A DNA stretch of 64,000 nucleotides from Leucoraja ocellata (taxonomy: Eukaryota): positions 4,216,001 through 4,280,000 of the forward strand of contig JAWMAR010000070.1 in NCBI GenBank assembly GCA_036785375.1. The letters are read 5' to 3'. Both the position numbers and the translations under genes were made by a program. This document shows, in pieces, positions 22,177-34,919 of this stretch. How positions within the stretch are numbered: the stretch's first letter is position 1; each line of letters opens with the position of its first letter. The notes below the pieces were generated by a model. The model was given only the letters and a program-made list of their open reading frames with translations, had not been told where the DNA came from and searched no databases.

Positions 22177-25100
22177 CTGAAATATAACAAAATCCCATTT
22201 TACAACCTAATAGATTTGAAAGGTCCTCAACAGATATCTATTACAAATTAGGTCTCAAACTGTTCAGTGTACAGAACAAGCCATGGCTGCTGTTTACAAC
22301 ACAAAGATAGTGCAGCACGGTGGAGCAGCAGTAGAGTTGCTGCCTGACAGCGCCTACAACGGGTTTGTATTTTAGGTCAATTGGTTTGGTTTAATTGCAA
22401 ATTTCCCCTAGTGTGTGTAGGATAGTGTTCGTGTGCGGGGTCACCAGTCGGCGTGGGCTCGGTGGGCCAAAGGGCGTGTTTCTGCGCTGGATCTCTCGAC
22501 TGGAGTGGACTGGTGTTGCTAAACGGCCTGTGTAAACACAGATAATTCAATATTATATATTCTTCATCACTCAGAAAATGTATATTTCACATTGTTACCT
22601 GGGTTTCATCGTTGTCTTCACCGTGTGATGTATTGTACTTGGATTCTGGAAAATATGTTGTCGATAGGGCCATATCAGGAAAAAGTTTAAACATCATTCA
22701 TTCATATATTCCATTCATGTGTTCCATGTACCTTCTATATCTCGTGTTCCCCTTTCCCCTGACTCTCAGTCTGAAGAAGGGTCTCGACTCGAAACGTCAC
22801 CTGTTCCTTTTCAAGAGTCAAGGGAGTTTTATTGTCATATGTCCCAGATAGAACAATGACAATCTTACTTGCTGCAGCACAATAGAATATGTAAACATAG
22901 TACATAACGGGAGAGAAAAAAAGTTCAGTGTGTATATATACACATACACACATACTCAATCTGTTTATTTTATCCAGCGAAGCTGAGAACTACTATATTT
23001 GATGATTTTCTGTATCGCTTCTGTATCGCTTCTGACCCACTAATTGCTAGAGCATTTTGTGTTTATCTTCAGTGTAAACCACCATCTGCAGTTCCTTCCA
23101 ACACACGAATATCTACGCGATGTTGTCACAACTTTATATTTAGGAGAACCCCAAAAGTACTGCAGTATATTTGCACGTATGGAGCAAGAATCTGCCCTCT
23201 TGTTCTGGTTACTTTATGTAATGTTCAGTATGGAACATATTCCCTGTGCTCTACCCATCCATCCCTACAGCTGCCTAAACCTACCTGATCTCCTGGTTGC
23301 TCAACACTTTAACATTCCCTCCCATTCCCACACTAAACTTTCTGTCCTGGGCCTCCGCCATTGTCAGTGAGGCCGAGCGCAAATTGAAGGAACAGTACCT
23401 CATATTTCGCTTGGGCAGCTTACACCCCAGCTTGAGTTCCCTAACTTCAAGTAGTCCTTGCTTTACCTCTCCCTCCATTCCCCGCTCCTTCCCAGTTCTC
23501 TGACCAGTCTTATTGTCTCCGACTATATTTCATCTCTGTACTGCCATTCTCCTGACATCAGTCTGAAAAAGGGTCACAACCCGAAACATTACACATTCGT
23601 TCTCTCCAGATATGCTGCTTATTTCACTCAGTTACTCCAGCATTTTGTGTCTATCGACCTTTCTCCTGCCTTCTCTCCATAATGCATGGCACCTGTAGTA
23701 TTCAAGAATCTATCTATCAATGCCTTAAAAATATATATTGATAGCCTCCACAGCCTAATGCGGCAACGATTTCCTCATTCACCACCCTCTGACTAAATAA
23801 ACACTTCCCCATCTCCATCCTAAAGGAATTTCCTTTAATTCTGAGGTTATGTCCTCTAGTCCTAGGCTCTCCCACTAGTGGAAACATCCGCTCTACATCC
23901 ACTCTATCCAGGACTTTCACTAATTGATCTTTCAATGATCTCCCCCCACCTCTTTTCCCTCTTTTCCTTTTGTATGATGGGTCTTGGATCTGGAATGTTA
24001 ACTGTTTTACTTCCCACTAATGCTCTCTGACTGAGAAACAGCTCAGTGAACTTTCAGGTTTTCATCAGTGGTGAAGATAGTTGGCAGCTTCAAGTTCATG
24101 GGCGTTCACATCTTGGATTACCTGTCCAAGCTAGACCTGCCCTGCCTCAACTACCTCCTCTGGCAGCTCCTGCCATATACCCACCGCCCTCTGTGTGAGG
24201 CAGGTATGTTGTAGGTTGTATATGTCCCTGTGAGGCTGCAGGCATGATCTTCATTGTAACTGTACTTCACCATGCTTGTGCATGTGACAATAAACTCGAA
24301 ATAACCTAATTTGAAATACAACAGCTAATCACACAATGCATATTTTAACAGCTGAGAGGATGAGAGTATCTATGTAAATCTTACTTCTACCTGGCCTCTT
24401 AGTTCTCACGCATCTCTGCCATTTCACACAGACAGTTTCTGTACAATAATGTTAAAAGAACAGTTTTTGTCACCGAGTCACAATGATAGCATCAAACATG
24501 ATAGCATTATTGATCATTCATGCTTCCTCCTACATTTTAATACTTTAATGCAGGGCATTTGGAGATTAGAACAGAATTAAATCTCTAGACATTCTACAAG
24601 GGACTGAGACATGTATTGTGAAATTATTTAAGGGAAATCAGAAACTCACCCTTGGTTTTATGCTTTCGGTACCAAAGGAAGGCAATGATGAGAATCAGGA
24701 GAAGCACAGTGACACCAGACACAACTATGTAATTGATCCTGTCGGACAGAGAATAGGGAAGGGTGAGACATGGCTCATCATTGATTCTTGGCCTTCAGTA
24801 AAGAACAAAAGTCAAGCATTTATTTGGCACCTTTCATGATTTTTTTGCAGTGTGCAGCAAAGGAAATGAAGTGTAGAATCTGGTTTGGTGGGTAATGCAG
24901 CAGCTAATCTGCTCACATTAAGGTGACATTAACCAATGACCATGAAACTGGTTGAAGAACAACTGCGTCCAACCATTAAGGAACAATGCATGGGAACTGT
25001 TACACTTTTAGAGCAATGATTAGTTTAGTTTAGTTCAGCTGAGTTTGGTTTAGTTTAGTTTAGGTTAGTTTAGATTAAGTTAGTTTAGTTTCGAGATACA

Positions 25101-28100
25101 GCATGGAAACAGGCCTATCGGTGCGTTAAATCTGCGTCAACCAGCAATCCCCAAACACTAGATCTACCCTATACATACCCTGAGACAATTTACGGAGGAC
25201 AATTGACCTACAAACCTTCATGTCTTTGAAATGCTGGGAGAAAACTGGAACACATGGAGAAAACAGGAGAAAACTGGAGAAAACCCACGTGGTCAGTGAG
25301 AGAATGAACAAACTCCATACAGACAGCAACCGTAGTCAGGATTGAACACAAGTCTCTAGGGCAGCAACTCTACCACTGTGGTACCATGAACACCAGGCCA
25401 AAGAGAAGACAATACACTTGGTTCACAATGTGAATGAATTAATGAATGAATGTGTTTTTTGGCCAAGTATTCACTTTTTAGGGCCTTGGCGTTGTGAGGC
25501 TGTGGTTCCACTGGCTGTGTCACTGTGTATTCAGATCAATACTCCAACAGGCCTTTAATGCCAGTGAACTGAAAACACAACTTTCTCCCAATTGAAGCAA
25601 TCCCAATCAAAACATCAGCAATTAGTACATGGCACCTTTCATAGAAAACAGAGTAGTTTACCATGAAGTATACTTGGATCTTTTCGAAGTTTCACAAGAA
25701 TATTCAAGTCCTGTTGGAACAAGGGAATAATAATCAGTTTCACTGCTTTTCACTTGCAGTTAAACAAGAGAGCATGCTTGTCAGATGTAGGGAGTTTATA
25801 GGTTTAATAGACAGGGCAATGTTTTTTCAGTGTAATTTGCAGCAAATGGGAGGTGTTGTCATGAAGTCCTGCGTGGGTTTTCTACGGGATCTTCGGTTTC
25901 CTCCGACACTCCAAAAACCTACAGGTTTGTAGGTTATTTCTCTAAACTAAAGACGTGCAGGTTTGGAGGTTAATGGCTTCAGTAAATTGTCCCTTAATTT
26001 AGAATTGTTCCTAAATTGTAGAATTAGTGTAGCACGCTGGTTCTCTGGAGCTATTACAGGTGTGCAAAGCTATGAGGGACATATATAGGGTACTTTGTGG
26101 GAAATCAGCACAGCAGATGTGCATAGAAGTGGAGAACATATGGTTGGGTTAAGGAGTAGACTATTTGGAGGGTACTTGAGCAAGAAATATTTTTAAACCA
26201 AGATGATGGTGGCACTTAAATTGCCAAGTCTAAGAATAATATCGATGAGCGGCTGGTAAATGGGATAAGTATCGATGGTACTTAATCATAACACAATGGA
26301 TCAAAGCTGATAGTGTCGTCTAGGAGTTAACTGTGGCCACAATTACTGATAATTTCTGTTCCCTTCCCATGTTTGAGCGTCTGTCATGTGGAGATGATGG
26401 AAAGTGAAAATGCTTGGACTGATGTCACTACAGACCTAGTTTAAAGCTGTGTAAACATAAGAGGAAGTTCTAGGCGGGAAACTGGTCTACACCAGCACTG
26501 GGGAATCTGTTTCTGGAGACCAGCAACCAAGTATTGACAAATGGGCCATAATTCCACCATATTAATCTTGATATGTTAATTAAATAATGTGCATGGATTT
26601 CAGGGTGTCGGGGGTTATGGGGAGAAGGCAGGAGAATGGGGTGAAGAGGGGAAGATAGATCAGTCATGATTGAATGGTCTATTTCTGCTTCTATCACTTA
26701 ATCTTATGAACCACCCCACCCCCACTTCCCCTTCTTCTCCTCATCCCCTCCATTACTTACCAGTGCCGTTGATTTTTACTAGGAAATTGCAGGGCACGTC
26801 ACTGCTGGAGATGGACACGTTGACCGTTTCACTGGATTTTGATCCACGTTTATTTGAGGCTGTGCAATAATATTGATGGTGCTGGTGTTTGAAGGATTGA
26901 CAGTGTAGATCCAGGGCATTGTTGTCTGAGATCTTTGAATCCCCAGATGGGGTCTTTTCATACCAGCTGTAGTTAATGGGAAGGGATCCCCAGACCGACT
27001 CACAGGACACTGACACTGAGCCCCCGAGACAGGAGACATTGGCTGGTGACAGAAATCCAAGCACAGGAACAGACGCGTGTTCTGTGGGAAAGGAGCAAAC
27101 AGTCAGACAGTGAGTGAACATCTGAAAATCAAACACTCGCCAATATCCAACATCTCTGTATCTTAGCCAGAGCCGACAGGTTGGAATCTGACCCATCCAT
27201 CCACATAGAGTCGTAGAGTGATACAGCTTAGAAACAGGCCCTTCGGTCTAACTTGCCCGCACTGACCAACATGCCCAATCTACACTAGTTCCACCTGCCC
27301 ATGCTTGGCCCTTAAACCTCTAAACTTATCTTATTCATGTACCTGTTCAAATTTTCTTAAATGTTGCGATAGTACATGCCATAACTACTACCGTCGGACG
27401 GTCGTTTCATATACCTACCAACCTTAGTGTGAAAACGTTACTCCCCTGTTTCTTATTAAATCAACCCCCTACCCCCTCATCTTAAAACAATGTCCTCTGG
27501 TTCTCGATTCCCCTACTCTGGGCAAAAGTCTCTGCATTTACTCGATCTATTCCTCGCATGATTTTGTACCTGCCAGAAGATCATCCCTCATCCTCCTGCG
27601 CGCCAAGAAATAAAGTCCTAGACTGCTCAACCCCTCCCTATAGGTCTGACCCTCAAGTCATTGCAACATCCTTGTAAGTCTTTCCTGCACCTTATTCAAC
27701 TTGACAGGATATTTCCTTTAACATGGTGATTAAAACTGACCACAAATCAGACAAATCATCTGACACATCTTGGATTCTCTTTTACATTTCAGGAATTGCC
27801 AGCAGGAAAGGGAGCATCGTTCATGCAACACCGCCAGATATTCAAAGCAACAAGGAAGCTACCCATTTGTCTAATCAAAATCAAACTGTGTATGCAGGAG
27901 TGCAATAATGAAGGAAATGGACAATGACACTCCAGTACAGATGAGGACAATGTCAGCTACTCAGATGTTACATTTCCAAGCGACAGCCAAATTGCCCGTC
28001 AGAAAGCTCCTTCTCCTCATAATCCATTTACCAGATTTACACTTCACTGTGTCTCTCCATCCTCCCAGCTGCCAGAACTACTATGTCTGGCAGAGAGTGG

Positions 28101-31100
28101 TGAATGTCTGGGTGAATTTCACACAGAGAGTGGTGAATCTCTGGAACTCTCTGCCACAGAGGTAGTTGAGGCCAGTTCATTAGTTATATTTAAGAGGGAA
28201 TTAGATGTGGCCTTTGTGGCTAAAGGGGTATGGAGAGAAGGCAGGTACAGGATACTGAGCTCAATGATCAGCCATGATCATATCGGATGGCGGTGCAGGC
28301 TTAAAGGGCCGAATGGCCTACTCCTGCACCTATTTTCAATGTTTCTATGTCTACGTCTGCCACTGTGCCAGTACACCGCTACACCATCTCCCTTTGCTTT
28401 ACTCCAGCATCTGCAGTTAATTTTGTTTAAATCTGAATCTCTGCCACAATTCTACAATACCAACATTCAAACTCCTCATTAGTGCAACAGTGTCACGATT
28501 AACAACTTTTGTAACTTCCTTGTATCAAATTGTTGATAGTGATACTTTTGCACTAATGAGGTGTGTGAATGGCGGTATTGTAGAATTGTGTGTAGGGGAA
28601 TGGGAAAGTGGAACAACATAGAACTAGTGTGACCGGTGATCTCAAGTCGGTGTGGACTCGGTGGGCCGAAGGATCCGTTTCCATGTTGCATTTGTAAACT
28701 ACAACTAAATATCCCGGTGACATTTTCTGTAACCTCTCCAAACCTTCCACATCTTTTGTTTTATAAAGCGGGGACCAGAACTGTGCACCAGACTCCCACC
28801 TAACAAATGTTTTGTGCGGATGCCAAAGTGGAGACATAAAGTCACTCATTGAGAAACCTACCTTCAGATACTTGGAGATGTACTTTAAATGTTGGTTCGC
28901 CAGGTGCAGTAATTCCACATCTGTACCACCCTGTATCTCCAGAGTGAAGATCCTCCACAGTCACAGTAAATATTCCTCGTGCCGGGTTTTCTGTGATTGA
29001 CACTCTTCCGCTCTGTCCATCTTTCCCATTTGTTTCCACTACATGTGTACACTGGCGACTTGTCTCACGGCACCAGTATTTTGTGTGTGAGCGGTACACT
29101 GCTGCATAGTGACAATCGATTGTGATCGCTCTTCCCACAACCCCTCTTACTTTGCTCTCCGCCCACAGTGCACCTGAAACTGGAAACATATTTCGTAAAT
29201 TGAAGAGCAATATTAGCCTTTCACAAACATACACAGTATAGTATACATCAATGTGTACAGGGGAGTCCGCACAATCATTTCCCTAACTGTGTTGAATTCC
29301 ACCTAGATTGCGACGAGAGACAGACACCGTCCCTCACCATCCGCACAGGTCGTTCCAAAGCGCTTCCCAGCCTGTTGCAATTGGAAGGCGCTGTCTAGGG
29401 AGTCTCTGCATCAGCGGGGGAGGTTGAGGATGGGGTGTCTATCAAGCGCGATTCTGGGTCATGACAGACCAAGCACAAGTGTTCAGCAAAACTGTGGCCT
29501 ACGCCAGTGCTTCTTAAACTGGTGAATGGTTCACCCAAGGGTGAATTAGATTATTTTGGGGTGAATGAGTTAATTCATGTTTTTTTTTTGCTCATGTGAC
29601 AAAATAATTTATCTATAAAATTATACAAAAGGGAGAATGAGATGAATATTACCAAAAAAACAAAAGGACATTTAGTAGAGGTTGAAGGAAATTTTGTGAT
29701 AAAGACTCAAGGGTGAATGACACTGAAATAGTTTAAGATGCACTGGCCTTGGCTGCGCTTGTTCTCACTGATGTAAACCATTCACAATCTCTTCTGGACT
29801 TCCAATCTGAGCGTCTCCACACCTTCCGGGAGTTTCATTCCAAAATTATCTTTGAAAAAAGTAAGGGTTATACTTGATGGAGTGACGGCCAAGTAGATTC
29901 CAAATTAATTTTGTGAGATTACTGGAGTTCCAGTGATTCTCACAAATTAACGAAGTTAAAATCATGAACATGATCATGAAATTGTACATTAGATAGGTCT
30001 AAAGAAGGGTTTCGGCCCGAAACGTGGCCTTCGCTCCATAGATGCTTCTGCACCCGCCGAGTTTCTCCAGCACTTTTGTCAACCATGAAATTATACATCC
30101 CTGTTTATAAATGATGATGGATCAAATATAATTAATTTGGTTGCATTCTCTGTCTCAAAGTGACTGTGAGATCTTAAACGGCAGCCAGAAAATCATTTTT
30201 AAGGCAGAAGGCAGAAATTGATGGAATGCTCTCAACCCGTTATGATAAGTGAAGGTCTTTCCTCATTTCGAAGCTCAACACTTCCCAGGTGAAAGCAACA
30301 GGCAATTATTTGCCAGTCCCCCAAACAAACTCCCACATGTTACACCATGAGCTCACGGTGGCTGCAATGATGCCGCCTGCAAATACCTAGAAACCCACGA
30401 CCATCACCACAAGGTGAAAAGCAGCAGCTACAAGGACACGAGAGGAATTGTGAAACAGTATTCCCACGGGAAAATAACACTCACCTGTATTGTTCATTTT
30501 TGTCACATAACTGCACGTTCCTTCACCTTTGAAGACTTTCACGTTGAGTATTTCACTGGATTTCCCCCCACGATTATTTGAGGCTCTGCAGTAATATTGA
30601 CGGTGTTGGCCGGCGAGGATTTCACAACTCAGAACCAGTTGATTGCCAGACAAGATCGTTGACCACCCATACACGTTCTTCCCAAACCATGTGTAATAGA
30701 TGGGAAGGGATCCACGGACAGACTCACAGGACACTGACACTGAGCCTCCGAGACGTGAGGCATTTGCTGGTGACAGATATCTGAGCACAGGAGCAGACAC
30801 GGGTTCTGTGGGAATGGAGCAAACATTCAGTCACCTGTATGAACAGTTAAACACCAAACACATGCTAAATCTCAGCAGCCCTTTATCTCAGCCCGAATCG
30901 TCCGGGTGATATCTCACCGGCTCATCTACATCTCTGTGAGTGTGCGAAGCCCAGAAACTGAAGAAGGTTAGAGTTATAGAGAACCGAAAGATGCCCATCA
31001 CAACAGCTCATTCATGCCGACCAACATGTCTTTCTGGGCCATTTCCATATGTCCACGTTTCTCCTTTGTCACTCGCAATGATCCCAATCTACTCAACTGT

Positions 31101-34100
31101 CCAAAATGTATTTTAAATGCTATTATTCTAACTGCCTCAACAACTTCCTCTGGCATCAGGTTCCATATAAATAACACCCATTGTGTGAAAAATGTTGTCC
31201 CTCAGAACAGAAGTTGGGATGTTATGTTTCAGTTGTACATATGTTATTGAGGTCGAACGTGGGCGAATTGTGTTCAGCTTCGGCCACTCATCTGTACGAA
31301 ACATGCCATTACAGTAAGTGACACCTTACTATTCCCCCCTCTTTAAATAGTTCCCATTGCGTCCGTCCTCCACTTCCTCATCCCACAAATCGTGGGAAAA
31401 TGAACATGCTTCTCGTGATTGATACATTTCTATAAGTTCCTCGCTCAATCATTTCCACACCAAGGAATGAAGTCTGAGTTTGCCCAATCGCTCCCTGCGT
31501 CAATCCCATCCTGTCCAGGCAGCGTCGCCCTAAAACCTTTCTGCACGCTGTCCACCTCAACGGCACTTTCCTTGGAGCTGAGGGACTAAAGCTGAACACA
31601 ATTCCCAAAGTGTGGACTCAACATCTGCAAGTCTGAAGCAGATTATCTCCAATTATGTTCTGAATGATCTCACTGATGAAGACCAGCGTGCCAAAAACCC
31701 TGTTCAATGCCTTGGAATGTATAGACAACAATTAGTTACGATCCCTTTAAGCTAGACACAAAATGCTGGAGCAGGAGCAGGCAGCAGCTCTCGAGAGAAG
31801 AAATGGGTGACGTTTCGAGTCGTGACCCCTTTTCAGCCTGCGAGCCACGAGAAAGGGATACAGAAGAGAAAAGAAGGGATAAGGTGTGAACACAAGTGAT
31901 CAAGGTGAAAATGTAAAAGGAAAATGTAGACTCGATAATTGTCAGCTGAAGGGAAAGTGCCAGCGAGGCAAACAATCAGCCAAATATAATCAAAATGTCT
32001 TTGAAACTAATGGGGGGGGGGGGGGGGGGGGGGGAGGGGGGGAGGAGGAGGAGTAAAGCAAGGGTTACTTGAAGTTAGAGGTCAATATTCAACCAAGTGG
32101 AGGAGGTCCAGGACAGAAAGATCAGTTTGGTAATGGGAGGGGGTATTGAAGTGTTTAGCAATCAGGAAGTAGCGTAGGCCGAGGCAGAGTGAGCAGAGTT
32201 GATCAGCGAAACGAACGCCGAGTCTGGGCTTGGCCTAGACCACATATGGGAGTTCACACCTGGAACAGTGGATATAGTAGACGAGTTTGGAGGAGATGCA
32301 GGTGAACTTCTGCCTCACCCGAAAAGACTATTGTAGTCCTTGGACGGAGTAGAGGGGGGAGGTGTATGGACAGGTGTTGCATCCGCTGCAGTTGTAGGTA
32401 CCTGGGGACGGGGTGGTTTGGGTGGGAAAGGACGAGTTGACCACGGAGTTGCGGAGGGAACGGTCACTTCGGAAAGCAAAAAGCGGTGGAAATGGAAAGA
32501 TGTGGCTAGTTGTGGGATCCCGTTGTAGGTGGCGAAAATGTCGGAGGATTATATGCTGTGTGCGACGGCTGATGGGGTGAAAGATTAGTTTATTCTGCTT
32601 ACCACCAGGGAAATGTCAGGGCGGAGAGGCTGGCTGGCTGCCGGGCGGTGGGTGGACAGTGGCTGTTGGGTGTGGGGGCGCATTGACGGGGCAGAGGGAG
32701 TGAAAGAGAGCGCGCGAGGTAGGGAGGGAGTGACTAATCCCTGAGGTGGGGTCGGGGAGCGGGCTGACCTGCCCCGGGAGGACTGAACGATGTCTGTTGA
32801 GCTTTGGGGACTGATGCCATGTTTATGATTCACCGGGTATTCAGACCGCGACCAACACTTGTTTCTCACTGACCTGTCGGATTATGAGTTTGAGTGGGAA
32901 TGCAAACCTCTGACAGAGTGACATTTCATACAGTTCAGAGGCAATGCCAATGTGCTGATGCCTGAGCTTGAAGTGGGTGACCGTTCAGTGGGTCATACTC
33001 CGCACTGGGTGAGAGCAACATGAGTGGGGTTTCCCGACCCCCGCCCGACCCCCGCCCGCTCCCCGCAGGTCTCTGTACTGCTGCGGAGCCTCGGGATATC
33101 GGTGCTGCCCTGATTCTTCCCGGAGAAAACATGGATCAGGCATTTCAGTGGAGACGTCAAGTCAATCGCTGCGAAACGTACCGTCAGATACTCGGAGTTG
33201 TACGATAAATGGATGGGCGGCAGATGTAATTCCACATCTGTACCACCCTGTATCTCCATAGTGAAGATCCTCCACAGTCACAGTAAATATTCCCCGTGAC
33301 GGGTTATCTGTGATTGACACTCTTCCACTCCGTCCGTGTTGCCCATTAGTTTCCACTAATACTATACATTGGCGACTCCTCCCACGGCACCAGTATTTTG
33401 TGTGTGAGCGGTTCTCTGCTCCATAGTGACAATCGATTGTGATCGCTCTTCCCACAACTCCTCTTCTATCCCCCTCTCCCCACACTGAACCTGAAACTGA
33501 GGGGAGAAACATTCAGATGGAGAGCAAATGAACTGTTTAATGGAAATAGATACATTTCGAAGATTACATGAAAGAAAACTTAAATAGTTCCATGATGTGT
33601 CATATTGCTTCACGGCCAATGTCTCCGGTCTGAAGACAGTGCTGTTATTGTACCAGTTGTGTCAGTGTTCTGTCCCCGGGTCAGTACAATTTGGGTCCAG
33701 GTCCCTGAGCAGAAACTGGGCTGGGATCGCAGTGCGGTACTGAGGGAGCGCGGCAGTGTTGCAGGAGCTGTCTTTCAACAATCCCAGGCGGTGCCCGGCC
33801 TCTCACCACACAGAAAGACCCCACTTTGCTATTTCATTGGCGGTGCCGCCGGCTGCGCTGCCAACATTCATCTCTCAACCGACACTGGGCAGGACCCGTG
33901 TTTATACATTCACCGCCTTTACAACGCCCTGACTGAGGACAGAGGACGGACGGGTTACAATAAAGCGGGTCCCTTACTGGAGAGCGTTACTAGCGTGAAC
34001 ACGCACACCGCCAGATTCAGGGACAGTTTCATCCCAGCTGTTATCAGGCATCTCAATCATCCTACCACAAACAGAGAGCGGTGCTGAACTCCCATCTACC

Positions 34101-34919
34101 TCTCTGATGACCCTCGGACTATCCTTGATCGGACTTTGCTGGCTTTACCTTACACTAAACGTTATTTCATTTTCATGTATCTATGCACTGTAAGATGATC
34201 GATAACAATCATGGATTGTCTTTCTGCTGGCTGAGTTAGCTCGCAACAAAAACACTCTACCTCGGTACACGTGACAATAAACTAAGCTGAATTTGGAAAC
34301 CGCTGGTCATCTGGGACAGGTTCTATTCCCAGTGACCCCGGCTCGCCTTGGACCTTTCAGCACGACTGGGCCGCGGACGGGAGAGAGGATGGAGAGAGAG
34401 TTGGGAGTGGGTGGATAGAGAGAGGACCGTTGTTCAGTTTTAGACTCCGGGGAATTGTTGGGTTTACGACAGAGTTGAGTTGGACAAATGCAGGGGAATA
34501 TTTGAACTGACACAATGAGTCCACAATCATGACTTCCACCTCAGTTGTAAACACATTTTGTTAATGTAGAATTAACTTCCTGGTGATGTTGGAACCCCTG
34601 TTCTTCGGTCCAGGTGTCTTGGAGTATCTGCTCCAAATACATTCGCCATTTTATGCCTATAAACTACCATCAGGATGCAATTAGACCTAGTGTTAGCGGT
34701 GGTTAAACTACGAACATTGTCTAGATATTCAAATGTGAATTCAGATCCATCACCACAATGCACTGAGTTCCATCTCGCCCATTACATGTCTACACACACT
34801 TAACCATCTCTGCTGTGGAAAGGGTGCACGGGACCCCAACTAACATTGATCATTGGAATATCAGGATCTGACTTTCACTCACCCGGCAGCAAGGAGATGA
34901 GAAGAATGGGAATCCACAT
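21910..34919 (-). CDS. Gene B: inhibitory MDIR/CD300/pIgR-like receptor, L-V-C2-V-C2-stalk-TM-3xITIM, 10 exons, ~603 aa
   Basis: Exons 34883-34919, 33182-33496, 30485-30805, 28862-29179, 26761-27081, 25662-25710, 24650-24738, 24391-24438, 22599-22645 and 21910-22176. All GT-AG and phase-compatible, summing to 1812 nt. Confidence 0.88.
22599..22645 (-). CDS. Gene B cytoplasmic exon (xSKYNTSHGEDNDETQ)
   Basis: Acceptor tattttccag, donor cag|gtaaca. Converts phase 1 to phase 0, as the ITIM exon requires. Confidence 0.7.
22771..22798 (+). ncRNA. Hammerhead-like core with GUC triplet in a Penelope pLTR relic
   Basis: CTGAAGA-A-GGGT(CTCG)ACTC-GAAA-CGTC. Confidence 0.5.
24391..24438 (-). CDS. Gene B first cytoplasmic exon (ETVCVKWQRCVRTKRP)
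   Basis: Acceptor ttattgtacag. Two in-phase donors possible (exon end at 24391 or 24385). Confidence 0.6.
24650..24738 (-). CDS. Gene B neutral transmembrane exon (INYIVVSGVTVLLLILIIAFLWYRKHKTK)
   Basis: Hydrophobic stretch with no charged residue, followed by a basic stop-transfer. Acceptor ctgtccgacag, donor g|gtgagt. Confidence 0.85.
25020..25385 (-). mobile_element. tRNA-derived SINE with long (tttag)n tail
   Basis: Similar to 5772-6097. Pentamer repeat at 25020-25090. Confidence 0.7.
25662..25710 (-). CDS. Gene B stalk exon (GLEYSCETSKRSKYTSW)
   Basis: 49 nt, phase 1 to 2, bridging the C2 exon and the TM exon. Confidence 0.8.
26761..27081 (-). CDS. Gene B Ig C2/I-type exon (domain 4)
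   Basis: [24 protein letters not shown]. 321 nt, phase 1-1. Confidence 0.9.
28862..29179 (-). CDS. Gene B Ig V exon (domain 3)
   Basis: KYWC-x6-C second disulfide pair, DTGWYRC. 318 nt. Confidence 0.9.
29505..29745. mobile_element. Non-autonomous hAT-type DNA transposon (MITE)
   Basis: 16-bp TIRs cagtgcttcttaaact and agtttaagatgcactg. Degenerate 8-bp TSD. Empty site gcctaggc at 15520-15527. Confidence 0.75.
30485..30805 (-). CDS. Gene B Ig C2/I-type exon (domain 2)
   Basis: [24 protein letters not shown]. 321 nt, phase 1-1. Confidence 0.9.
31755..32585 (-). mobile_element. Degenerate Penelope 3' fragment in gene B intron (paralog ~49560-50362)
   Basis: Collinear similarity to 1750-2550, e.g. 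aagatgtggctagt and gatgcaggtgaac. Confidence 0.75.
33182..33496 (-). CDS. Gene B Ig V exon (domain 1)
   Basis: ITIDCHY, KYWC-x6-[16 protein letters not shown]. 315 nt. Confidence 0.9.
34883..34919 (-). CDS. Gene B leader exon ([12 protein letters not shown])
   Basis: ATG at 34919, donor g|gtgagt. Confidence 0.85.

Noticed and set aside
29824-29850. Possible mini-exon DNFGMKLPE between domains 2 and 3
   Set aside because: Weak AAG acceptor, donor not conserved in gene C, and not needed for frame.
33605-34087. 160-aa plus-strand ORF (paralog 51435-51875)
   Set aside because: Antisense within intron 1, runs into a repeat, has different starts and frames between copies, and shows no recognisable domain.
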